The translations under genes were made by a program, and so were the position numbers. Shown piece by piece: positions 63,997-64,000 of a stretch of DNA of 64,000 bases. Source of the stretch: a virus; IMG/VR virus record IMGVR_UViG_3300035492_000206; one strand, written 5' to 3'. Each line of letters opens with the position of its first letter. The first letter of the stretch is position 1. The notes under the pieces are model-generated. The model was not told the DNA's origin. It saw only the letters and a list, made by a program, of their open reading frames with translations, and searched no databases.

Positions 63997-64000
63997 CGTT

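Larger units (their letters stand above)
1..64000. mobile_element. Temperate myophage genome segment (P1-like virion module plus lambdoid integration/early module), apparently in excised configuration
   Basis: Continuous phage gene content: terminase, capsid, sheath, baseplate, portal, holin, integrase, RecET. No host housekeeping genes. attP is internal with phage genes on both sides. Confidence 0.95.

Noticed and set aside
1-64000. tRNA, rRNA, IS transposase, darB and cas1 genes
   Set aside because: Looked for and not recognised by eye. A tRNAscan or HMM run would be needed to exclude them fully.

Overview
The whole window is one temperate myophage genome, most likely from a Gammaproteobacterium, with no host housekeeping genes. 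It is cut inside the terminase gene at the left edge and just before the presumed repressor at the right edge. 1-49.4 kb is a P1-like (Punavirus-type) late region: intein-containing PacB-like terminase, Pro protease, gp23-like capsid, sheath, tube, baseplate, PAAR, Hdf/DarA-like internal head proteins, Prt portal, GH19 tape measure and holins. 49.4-64 kb is a lambdoid leftward early region: attP, int/xis, Dam, HNH, dUTPase, RdgC, SSB, HU, RecT/RecE and PL. Accessory systems: (i) a type I-F CRISPR-Cas locus (WYL regulator, Cas3 without its Cas2 domain, csy1-3, cas6f, 9 repeats/8 spacers, no cas1), placed where a darB-like gene might be expected, with one spacer that translates to a DarB helicase motif; (ii) a complete diversity-generating retroelement (VR/TR differ at 13 positions, all TR adenines); (iii) a polyvalent DarA and a second head-targeted nuclease-domain protein, each with an antisense promoter and structured RNA directly after the nuclease-like domain; (iv) three toxin-less antitoxin genes and an LprI-domain moron; (v) a fixed-spacing late-promoter motif (GGAAA-N30-YANNNT) ahead of seven late operons. 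An intact attP with phage DNA on both sides indicates the excised form. All family assignments come from motif recognition by eye; no database search was run.
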